Assembly (NCBI GenBank): GCA_010093815.1
Contig: ML996565.1
DNA length: 64,000 bases
DNA from: Pseudovirgaria hyperparasitica
Lineage: Eukaryota
Direction: 5' to 3' (one strand)
A program made the translations under genes and the position numbers. This document shows, in pieces, positions 1 through 12,464 of this stretch. The notes under the pieces were generated by a model, which searched no databases, had not been told where the DNA came from, and was given only the letters and a program-made list of their open reading frames with translations. Position 1 is the first letter of the stretch. Each line of letters opens with the position of its first letter.

Positions 1-2637
1 AAGCGAAGGAGAGGTGGCAGCGATGCAAGTATGGTGGATTCTCAAACCTTGAAATCAGTGTCTGCTGGTTATGACTCTCCCGCTCCAGCTTCGCCACCGA
101 CTGGGCCTCGGGCAAACCTAGCCTCAATTAGTCCAGACATCGTGCGTGGCTTAGATCCGCTTCTGAAGACTGGTCCCGTTCCTACTAAGCAGGCATCGAT
201 CATTCTCCTGAGGGACATCGTTCTTACACAGCATGGAGGTCTGAGTGGTTTCCTAGACCAGATTATGGGACCCATTATCGATGCGATCAGAACATCTGGA
301 ACTCATGCCACCGCAACGTCTGGATTTTCTTCGTCCGTAACAGCTAATAGTCTGAGGATGGAATCTTTACGACTGCTGGGATCCATCGCAGATCTACATT
401 CGTCCAAAGGCCTACAGCCCTTCCTTGCCAAAGTTGTACCAGTACTTATTGTAGCCGCACAGGACAAATACAGCAAAGTCGCAGTCGAAGCACTCATTAG
501 TGTCGAACAGGTGATTAAGGCGCTCACCCCTCCCAGAGCAGCCTCTCAGGAGCAACAAAATCGGGTCTATTTGGAACAACTATATGATCTCCTAGCACAT
601 CGAATCTCTTCGAAAGATGTCGACACAGAGGTTCGCCGAAAGGCTGTTCATGTGCTAGGTCTCTTGATTGGTAGAACCTCGGGTACTCCTGACCTTCTTT
701 CTCCTAGTAAGAGGCAAGAGGGCTTGGACGCACTCCTTGTCCGTCTCAAAAACGAGCTCACACGGCTGGCAACCGTCAGGGCAGTCGACGTGATCGCAGC
801 CCATACCCAAAGCACTCATGATCTAAGTTCGCCTTGGGTCAGAGAGGTGACGACAGAGCTAGGCGCGCAGTTACGCAAGTCAAGCAGATCCCTCAGAGGG
901 GCAAGCCTGTCTGCTTTGAAGACTTTGACCTTATCATCCCCATGCCGAGAGCTTTTGGATGCTCCCACAATTAAGGCAGTAATCGAGATGCTGCTACCGA
1001 TCCTATCAGGCGAAGACCTACATATGCTTGGTCCAGCCCTAGTGATTCTGGCAACATTCATCAAGGACAATGGTAAGAAATATGCCACACCTGACTTTAA
1101 CAGTGCAGTGTGCAATGTTACCACTTTTACGGTGACGGGATTAGCGTTGGAAGCATACCTTGCGCTCGTCCGTGCTATTGGTGAACAGGGCGCTGGCAAA
1201 GATTTGATGCAAAAGTTCCTCAGCATAGGGGTTAGCGGAGCGCCAGACATTACTGGTAGATCTATTGGCACATTGCTGGTATATGGTAGTCAAGTGGACT
1301 TGGGTGTCAAGCTGGAGCAGTTTCCCCAAGAGCTCAAATTTCCAGAAGATCGCCGTCAATGCCTCGCCGTAACTGTGCTCGGAGAAGTCGGGTTCCAAAT
1401 GGGCACAAACTCGCCTCTACCACCAAGCCAATTCATTGAATGTTTTCAAGCGCGTTCTGATAAGCTACCCTTAGCTGCGGCTATCGCAATGGGACGAGCT
1501 GGCTCGAGCAATATCAAGGTATTCTTGCCTAAGATTCTATCAGCTATGGGACAGCAATCGAGCCCCCAATACCTTCTCATGCATTCTATCAAGGAGATAC
1601 TGCAGCACAAGGAAGCCGAGGCTGAGGTCCTCCCATACGCGCAAACCCTCTGGCAGAATCTTGTTGCAGCTTCACAGGCCGAGGACAATCGCGCTATTGG
1701 TGCCGAGTGTATCGGCAGACTAGCTATCATCGATCCCAAGACATACCTCCCACAACTTCAGGTAGCTTCGACTCCAGCGTTTTCGGACTTGGTACTGACA
1801 TGAGTAGAATATGCTGAGCGACAGAAACGTTATTGTTCGCGGAATGGTGACGGCAGCCCTGCGTTACACGCTGGCAGATACAGATGAAAGCTATGACCAA
1901 TACCTCAGGCCAATCGTCATCGGTATGCTTTCGAAGATGCTGAATGAGAGTGATCTGGAAAATCGCCGTTTGGGACTTACAACTTTCAACTCTGCCATGC
2001 ATAACAAGCCCGAACTCATTCTGCCACATTTGAACGAGCTACTTCCATTTGCAATGCGAGAGACAATAATCAAGCCTGAGCTCATTCGCGAGGTGAAAAT
2101 GGGTCCGTTCACACACAAAGTGGATGACGGTCTCGAGATCCGCAAGGCTAGCATCACCTGTTCTATTCCTCTCCCGTTTTCCACTAATGTGATTCACAGA
2201 GCGCATACGAAACGCTGTACGCCTTGCTTGAATCTGCGTTCAATCGCTTGAACGTGTCTGAATTCTTCGACCGTGTCATTGCCGGCATCGGTGATGAACA
2301 CGACATACGAATACTTTGCAATTTGATGGTGACAAAACTGATGGTCGTCACGCCAGACGAGACCTCTTCCCGCCTACAACCAATCTCGGAGAAGTTTCGC
2401 GCTGTGTTGTCTGTTAAGCCTAAAGATAATGCAGTGAAACAGGAGCTCGAGAAGATGCAAGAGTCGTCTAAAGGTGTCCTCAAAGTCTCGGTTCAGCTCA
2501 ACAAGACTTTTGCTGCTGACCTTGGATCCGAAAACCCGAACTCCAGGGCATGGCAGGAGTATTTTGGTTGGGCATCGAAGGAACACGGCACCCTGCTGAA
2601 GATAGCTGAAGATGAAATGAAGGAGAAGGAAAGATGA
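1..2637 (+). CDS. CAND1: Cullin-associated NEDD8-dissociated protein 1 (CAND1/TIP120), 5' part lies outside the window
   Basis: The frame is open from base 1 (KRRRGGSDASM...). HEAT-repeat sequence, 'AECIGRL', and the TIP120 C-terminal motif 'ELIREVKMGPFTHKVDDGLEIRK|SAYETLY'. Introns 1762-1807 (GT-AG) and 2147-2199 (GC-AG). Confidence 0.95.
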
Positions 2638-2739
2638 GGATTCTTGTGTTGTGGAAAATGAAGATATTGGGTTGTGTGTTTATGCGAAGATACCAGCATA
2701 CAGCGAAAAGTTATACCCATAAGCATGCATGTAGGTAGG

Positions 2740-3760
2740 ATACCTTGTCCTAGTAATTGAATACATGCGTCCGGTCCATCGAAAGGGACTACCTACGTCA
2801 AGTAGAACCCGATAAGACTCCATCTCTTATCTTCTACTATCATCCAAGTCTGTCGGTCCTCGTGGACTATATAGCGGATACGATGACATCTACTTGTCTT
2901 TTCTGAACTTCTGAATATCTATGAATAGAGGAGTACTAGGGACGTTCATCATTGCCCTAGTAGTTCAAGTGTGCATGGTTTACGTCAGAAATCAATCAGA
3001 CTGAGACGGAAGCCTTGTAATGACTACAATGGTAAATTGTCGTTACCAACCAAAAGACGTGCACTACCGAAAGATACATGAGGTCTTAGTGTGTGTCGGA
3101 AGGGTATGCCATGATAGGAATAACAAATACTTAGCACTAGATGAGGCTGGAATACTGGAACTATCCTAAAGACGGCCGATGATCTTAGTCGACGTCCAAA
3201 GACCTTCTACAGGAGGATCGCAACTCACGAAGATACCTTCTACATGAGGATTGACACTCACTTCGGTAGTTATGAACGGCTCAAGCAGAATATCTGGAAA
3301 TGACTACAACACAGCTTCAGAGCATCGATAGGAAATTCAACTCTAACCGGGTTAAAGACTCGGCAGTTCTAAGCATACTCTAGGATTTGTATAAACAATC
3401 TGATACACTCCTACAACGGATCAATTACGGAGAACTTGATCAAAGAGGCAGCTGTACGAGTATAGTTTTTCGCGATCGCGCTATCGTGATTTGCCAAGAG
3501 ACATCGCTCAAAGTGGAGAGCTAAACCTGCTTGGGTCTAGTTAACTATCTTTTTGGTTTGACGTGCTGCTTAGTGCTTTAGGTACGGTCAGTTTCGTGCA
3601 TCGAAGGATCGAGTATAGATTAGATAGATTAGGTACATTCAGCTTAGGAGATGATCTTGCAGAGCGCTATGGTACTATGTTGAGCTGATAACGTAAGGCT
3701 GTATTGTATAGACGTCTCATACTTTTGGTGCTTCCTTAGGGGGTAAGGGCGCTTAGATCC
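2740..3760. other. TpA-rich non-coding tract, possible RIP-degraded repeat relic
   Basis: No ORF of 60 aa or more. Visibly rich in TA/CTA/TAG words compared with the flanking genes (judged by eye, not computed). Confidence 0.35.
3202..3261. repeat. Degenerate direct repeat, 27-nt core, period 33
   Basis: ACCTTCTACAGGAGGATCGCAACTCAC (3202) versus ACCTTCTACATGAGGATTGACACTCAC (3235). Confidence 0.8.
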
Positions 3761-4204
3761 AGTAATTATACCGTCCGAGCGGTTTCCGAAAGAGGCAGGA
3801 GATCAGTACTCCGGTAGCGCGCCTTGGAAGTCCGATGCCAGACCGGGATCTTGCATGTTGCCGGAGTCAGGTGCCTCTAGATAATAGGTCAACACCAAGC
3901 AATAACGCATACAGAATCTTAAATGTCCCACGCGGCCAAGGGGTACGTACCTGCCTCCTATGGCTCTCGCGCACTTCCTTCATAATCACAACATTGTAGA
4001 TCTTGTAGACGTCTTCGACTGACAGCCAATGATGGATGGGTATATACTTGTTACGCTTATCGTGGGTGGATATCCGCGAACCTGGTCGTCATCATGCCGC
4101 AGACATATAAAGATGGTAACACAACGACTTCATCGAGCATCCTTACAGCACAACTTCTTGTCCTCTCTCTACATCCACCTCCATCTTGACATCATTGCGC
4201 CACG

Positions 4205-5716
<1,512 letters not shown>

Positions 5717-6555
5717 TCGGGATGATTGGACATCTTCTAGACATATAGATTAGATCTGAATGAACTATCAATGAATGGAGCCGGAAATAACGAATACAAT
5801 CTTTCTGCAAAGGTCAGAGCGCCTATATGTGCCTTTCCTCATTTGGCTAGACTAAAATATCTAACCCTGAGGCAGCAATAATTCCCATTTTTGGCGGCCT
5901 GCCCCTGTCTCTTGTCTGTGATCTGTGATTTATTGTACAACATGACTGAACCCGACGCGATTGCACTCCAATTTCCTCGATACCGCTTTCATGACAACAA
6001 TACGGCGCAAAACTTCATAGCTCCAGGATAGTTGCAGCGGAGGTGTTCGGAAAAGAGTCTGTCCGACCTAGGTCCAACACCGCAACACGATCGTGACATG
6101 CCTCCAACCGTATTGCATGCATGAAGCTATGGCCATGATCTGTCCTCGCTCGTACAAACAAGGCTGTGTACAGCGACGGAGCTGGAATATCAACGCCACT
6201 GCTTCCTGTAATTGGTGCGCAGGGAGGTGTTTAGCGAGCGCCTCCTCGTATTCCGGTGCTTTTGCTACCCACGGCCGTATTAAGGACCAACGAAAAGCTT
6301 GTCCCAAAGCCATGCAGAAAAGCTGGGTCTATGGAATAGGTCAGATGAGGCAGAGAAAAGGGACACGAGCTGAAAGGTGTAATTATAATAAGAACAATGC
6401 GCCCGTGTGTGTATGTAAAGGACATACGTTCCCCGGTTTGTGGTTTCTCAGCGTCTCTTTGCCTCGTCGTCTCTTGAACGCTGTCCAAGATTTCCTCAAC
6501 ACGTCCGAATATCAATCACTGGTTTTCTTACCTAATTTCCCTAAAGGCTTATATT

Positions 6556-7832
6556 ATGGCGCGTGGCCGAGGTGGTAGTGGACGTGGAGGGCGCGGTGGT
6601 GGTAGTGATGATGATGGTGGTAGCAGTAGCAGCAATTGCGACATCAGCGGTGCCTACAACAGTGCTGTCATTGCGCTCAACGTGATATTCATGGTCATCC
6701 TCCTGGCGATCGGCGCCTTCTCATGGTGGAAGAAGAGACGGATGAGCACTGAGGCGAGGGCTAAGAGCCCTATCCAATGGCACAACTTCCTACTCTCTCT
6801 CCTGTTCACGGCATTGTACGAGCTTGAGTCCCAAAGATATCTCCTTTATCCAGTCCGTTGTGCTGACAGATCTCCAGTGGCTATTTGCTGAACTGGGCAC
6901 TCACAGCAGCTGCGCTGTGCGGCAGTCTGGACAATCCAGGCGATACCGTTGCGGCGACATGGTTCCTCAATATCGGATTTCTTCTCCTGGTCTGGACCAT
7001 CGTGATACCGACCGTACAAGCATTCTGGATACACAGCGGCGGCGACTTCGCCAAGTTTATCAAATTCGGCTACTTTGCCATCTTCGGTCTGCTCGTCCTC
7101 CTGACGATTGTCAATTTGGGGATTGCGACGCATTTGGCCACGACCGATTTCTTCGACTACGACGATCTCAGCTTGTCCATCTCCAACACCAAACTAGCCA
7201 CAGCGATTTCGTTTATCTGGTTCTTTACAGCCATCAGCGTGAGCGGTCTACTCTTTCTCGCACTCATGGGTATAAAGAAGAACAGTATGCCTCTAGGGGT
7301 AAGTCTACCTCGTACAATCCCTCATGAAGACAAGCTTAATACTGACCGTGGTGCCCTCTCCTCGCAGAAACTCTTCATCTGGACCCCAGGCTTCGTCGTA
7401 TCCATGATCGTCGCCGCACTAATCCCATGCATCATCTTTCCAACCTACTACCTCGAAGACGCTAGCGACGACCTCACCGAGGGCAAAGCCATTGCCCAGC
7501 TCTTCTTCTCCCTCCTCTTCACCGCCCTCACCTACTTCTTCCTCCTTATGCTCGGCACCTCGTCCGCGCTCGGCAGTGATTCCGCAGCCTACAATCCGAT
7601 GATCAATCTAGGCAAGGGCGGTGTCGGCCCGAATGCAGACGCAGAATACAAGCCTGAAACTGCAGGCGCTGGACTGCCGCCTCAACAATATGCACAGCAA
7701 TATGCACCACCGCAGCAGCAGCAGACTCCGCCGCCAGGACAAGGCTACTATCCGCCAAACTCGCAGTCTCCGCCGCCTCAACAACAACAACAGTATGCAC
7801 CCAATACGCAATACCAGTCTCCACAGCAGTGA
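6556..7832 (+). CDS. Uncharacterised seven-transmembrane protein with a Pro/Gln/Tyr-rich C-terminal tail
   Basis: Introns 6816-6877 and 7299-7367 (both with CTGAC branch points). Seven hydrophobic 20-25 aa segments, a Gly/Ser-rich N-terminus and a PPQQYAQQY tail. Confidence 0.8.
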
Positions 7833-7959
7833 TATACTTGTACATTTGCATATATCTAAAGTCGATCATAGAGCTACAGTAGTATGGGAAACCTTGTGTC
7901 ATTGATCCCCTGCCCCCAGGCTATACATGCTGAAGATGTTTAGCGCAAACGGAACCCAG

Positions 7960-8600
7960 TCATCAAGAAGGACCTAGTTTATATATACCCCTCTAAGACG
8001 TTATATACTCATTCTCTCTTCCATATCATCGAACTACTACATGATACATACCTTAATAATAGCGGTGTTCCTAGCTTCTAATAGCGAAAAAGCTCTCAAA
8101 ATAGAACCACTACATACTGTGAAAATCCTAAAGTTGACTAGAATAATATCATATCTACTATGATTAAGGTTCAATTGTCTAGAAAATCTATAGACCTAAT
8201 TAATAGACAAGCAAAACACTTCATGGCTCTAGAACCTTAAAAAGAGTCACAAAAAAAGGCCCTGATTCGACGTTAGACTATAGCTGCTTAGATAGATTCT
8301 GACCGAGTATTAGTGTTAGTTAATGAAGTTATTGAAGGGTCTAGTATCTATCTCCGTATCATATTATATTATATCATATCATATGCATTCATTTGCCCTC
8401 CTCTTTTACCCCCCTCCCCCGCCCCCCCTCTCACTCTATATATATCTATGAAGAGTTATACACAAACCCCTCCCGGCTCATTCTAGCGTCTATCTACTAC
8501 GACCCTACTACTACTCGCCCGTACTATATAACGTTCTAAGACGTGTACTTCTTACTTGTTATGTATAGTGTCACCAGTCTCTGATCTACTCCTGCTCCAT
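7960..8600. other. AT/TpA-rich tract, probable RIP-degraded repeat relic
   Basis: Dense TATA/CTAG/TAG words and little coding potential, lying between two convergent genes. Confidence 0.45.
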
Positions 8601-8967
8601 ACGTATTCGACTGTGGGAGGAACAAGTTGTGTGAGAAGAATGTTTTTATAGTCTGTATGGTATGGGAAGAGTTTATACTACTCTGACAGGGGTCATGGTA
8701 AGCCATTAGATCTTCTGGGAAAATATCGATGAATTGGCACAATTACTGTATAGGTGATGCCGGGATCTGCATGTGGAAGACTACATCATTGCTCTGAGAT
8801 GCACCAAAACTATACTGTCTGATTATCAGAGCTGCTGGTAAAGCATATTTTGAAATTAAGACCTGGAAGGTAAAAGAAGGAGTCTGTGAATTTATTCCAT
8901 TTCATAGGCTCAGTTCTTGGAATACTAAAATGCCACCACCACCACGCTCGACCCTAGTCTATCCCCT

Positions 8968-11381
8968 TCAACGGCCCTGGTAGCTCTGCTGTCCCGGATA
9001 GCCTGACTGTCCCTGCTGACCTGGATAGCCTGGCGGTCCCTGCTGACCTGGATAGCCCTGAGGCGGGCGTTGTTGTCCGTAGCCCTGCTGCTGTGGCGGA
9101 TAACCCTGTGGTGGGTAGCCTTGCGGAGGGTACTGGCCAGGCGGAGGAGCCCCATACTGCTGCTGCTGAGGAGGATAACCTGGGGGAGGTGCTCCATATT
9201 GTCCGGGCGGCGGTGCACCGTAACCTTGCTGCTGGCCATAGCCTTGTGTAGGAGGTCCCGATCGTGCGCGCTCGTCCTTGCGATCGTACGAATGATCAAT
9301 GGCTCCAAGAAGAAGCTTCATTAGCTGAGTTGCGTTAGCACACAGAATTGGTGGGAGATTGGTGGTTTTGACTTACCCACATCTCAGGGGTAAGTTCAAT
9401 GGGAGGTGACAAATTAGACATTTCCTGTGACTCGTTTTCGTAGTCTGTAAACGGGTCAACTCTAGAGTTCCGCCGTATATAGAGGTCTGGGACTTACTGG
9501 AAGTGCAATCGACAAGGTTCCCTACTTCTGGGTCGTTATCGAGCTTAGACAAGAATTCACGTGCCTTCTGATCGTTTCCGACCTGGGCGAAAGCAAAATT
9601 GACAGTGCCTTTCGGGAATCTCTTCGCGGCTTCTTTGATAGTTTTGAAGACCTCGTTGGTAGGCTCCCCAGCAGGTTGGCCATCAGTGATAGTGATAACC
9701 AAAAATGGCTTTCTTCCGCCTCGTGCAATGATACCGTCAATCACCTTTGCCTTCAGTTCGCGACCCATGGGTGTGAGACCAGAGAAACTCTTCTGAGACA
9801 GGAGCTGCTCGACCTGATGATCTGTCTTGATATGATCGACTAAATTTGATGGAAGCACGCCAGAGGTGGTTCCTTCGCCTGGTGGGTCCGAAGCGCACCT
9901 TTGATTCATGAAGCGCATGCTCAGACCATCTTCATCAAATAGCGTTGCGGCATATGCCACTCTCTGAAGAATAAGACGAAGGTCCTTGATGCGCTCCCCT
10001 TCTCCATCTGGGCCTCTTTCTTCGAAAGACATGGATCCACTGTCATCTGGCGGTGTATAAGTCAGTATATGGGTCGCCAGAAAGATTCGCTGACTAACCA
10101 ATGTATAAAACGATGTCGAACAGAGCGAGCTTTACAATGTCGTTTCCAATCTCTCGGGGCAAGCGCCATCTGGAACAGAGCTGATCGACTTGAGGCCCGG
10201 CTCGGGCGGCAACCTGCTTGATCACAGGCGAGTTGGGGGGATAGAAAGACTGAAGTCCATTCTCTTGGATACACTGCTGTAGAAGCTGCTCGTATGCCGC
10301 AATTTGTCCCTGGGTTGGAGGCGCGCTGCCATACTGTTGCTGCTGAGGTGGATATTGGCCCTAAAAGACGTAAAGGTTAGCCCCGCGATATGAGATATTC
10401 AAACAATGATAACATGGCTCCGCGGGTTGGGCACGAACGTATGTTTGCTGCGGAGGACCATAGGGACCGTAGTTCTGGTTCTGCTGTGGTATTGATGCAT
10501 AGTAGTTGGCCTGGGCTGGCGCTTGTCCGTATTGCGATTGTTGAGTGTATGAAGCTTGCTGACCATACGGCGGGGGTTGGCCCATACCATAGTTGTTGGG
10601 TGGAGGAGCGCTGGGAGGAGGTGGCGGAGGGCGGTTGTACTGATTCTGCTGTGCGTGCGGGGGTTGTGGTGAGGGCGCGACATAGGATGGGTATGGTTGT
10701 GGTTGCTGCTGGCCTCCAGGTTGAAGTGATGAAGGTGGACCTGGCAGGGGAGTGCCGCCCGAATATGCCTGATATTGCTGGAACTTTTTGTGCATTTTGA
10801 AGCTATTGGATAGCTCGAGGGAAGTATTGGTTGTAGCGAGGACAGATAGGTAGGAAGTGGTGAGGTGTAAGAGCCAAAGATACGGCGGGCGCAAACTTCT
10901 GATGAAGATGATGACCAGGCGGCGGCAATAGGTGGCGCAATCGAAGTACCTGACAGGGAATAGTCTCGCGCGCGGTTGCTCCAGCCTGTTGTTGTGCAGA
11001 AATGGTAGGCCGCACCGGTAACGATGAGTGTTCCAAAGAGCCAAGTGGAAGTCGAGAGGCAGTGAAGGTGGCAAGAATGAAGTGAATCAACTTACGTGTT
11101 GCTGAGGAGGTTGGCCCTGGGCGCCAGGATAGGCTTGATATTGCTGTTGCGGCTGTCCGGGCTAGAATGAAAAAGCTTGTCAGCCGACACGCTCAGCAAA
11201 CGGCCTTTATAAGAAGTGGGACTCACATAACCTCCACCAGGAGGACCGGCTGGAGGATAACCGGCTGGTGGTGCTCCAGAGGCAGCGAGTTTGGAAGCCA
11301 GCTGTTGTTAGGTACAAGTCAGTAACCGAATGACGTAGACAGCGGAAGGAGACGTCGGGAGGTAGCACTACTCACTCCCAT
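8968..11381 (-). CDS. von Willebrand factor A-domain protein with Pro/Gly/Gln/Tyr-rich termini (RfeF-like)
   Basis: The spliced start reads [19 protein letters not shown]. The vWA MIDAS motif is 'YID|DSGSM', with 'LTPMG', 'ITITDGQP' and 'KLLLGAID'. GYPGQQ repeats sit at the C-terminus. Up to 7 introns, including a long one at 10778-11095. Confidence 0.85.
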
Positions 11382-12464
11382 GTTCGTCGTAGATGTTTTG
11401 GGTTCTTCGGGTTGCGGAGGAGTGTAGGCAAGTGGAGGACAGGCAGGTAGAAAAGAGAAAGAAGAATTCGGTTGGTTGTTGGAGGAATTATGAAGCTGAA
11501 AGGTGTAAAGTGTTGGCGGCGGCGTAACTTATGATTGATTCAGGTTAATTACCCAGATGGATGGTTTCAATCGTTTGCGGCTGACGCATGCCACATTCCT
11601 CAGGCTGCAACATGTACCCTTGCGTGTAAACTGAGAAAGTGGCATGGCAAGCTCCAGCTAGGGCTGGCGATTACCCCGCACTAGTCTTGTTTGGTACCAG
11701 TCAGTCCCTTAAGCGGGCAGGCGCGAGGAGCATTACGTAAGGTGTCTGTTCTGGCAGGTGGGGTAAACGAGGCTGTGCGAAGAGAGCGCCACGGCTCAGC
11801 CACAAACGCCACAATCCGACAGCCCGACTATCCGCTCTCCACCATTCACCCTTCACCACCACATATCCCATAGCACTCGATATCTCTACATTGAACACGT
11901 CCGCAGCCAAGGAACAAACAGTTTACAATGACCATCAGGTCATTTGACAGCATGTCGTACGCTCTCAGCCAAGAGTCCACTCTGGCTTCCATCATCATCC
12001 TACATCTTCACCATCTCGGGCCTGGCTCTATTACCCTCATGTTGAATGCCCGCTGCCACATTATCAGACGACGTGTATGTTGACAATGGATACGAGAAGT
12101 GCACTCAAGGCCCTTCGAATGTCATAGTGTGCATTTGAGGCGTGTCGCACACGCTGAATTCGCCATGAAGTTCTGAACAGCAGCTACCATCGATAATGAG
12201 TGTAATGAGCCAAGTTGAGAGTGAGCTGCAATAGTTGTTAAGAGCCTCTAGAATCATCGTGCTGCCACAATCTCGTCTAGCTGCTCTTCCTGCCGGAATA
12301 CCGAGATCTTTGAGATACCTTGTCTGACTCCCGAAGCTGCATTACCCCGAGAGCAATGCGTGCACCCCTGTGCTGTGCGGGGAGGCCAAGCGACTTCGAT
12401 AGCTCTCCTGATAGACATCTCTCATGGTTAACATTTCCCTGCCAGACAAATATTGTCGAACACG

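Noticed and set aside
3202..3261. Direct repeats considered as a CRISPR-like or LTR structure
   Set aside because: There are only two degenerate copies with a 6-nt gap in a eukaryotic genome, which fits an old local duplication.
6093..6578. 161-aa Cys-rich ORF upstream of the 7-TM gene
   Set aside because: It has a GTG start, no signal peptide or domain, and overlaps the promoter and start of the real gene.
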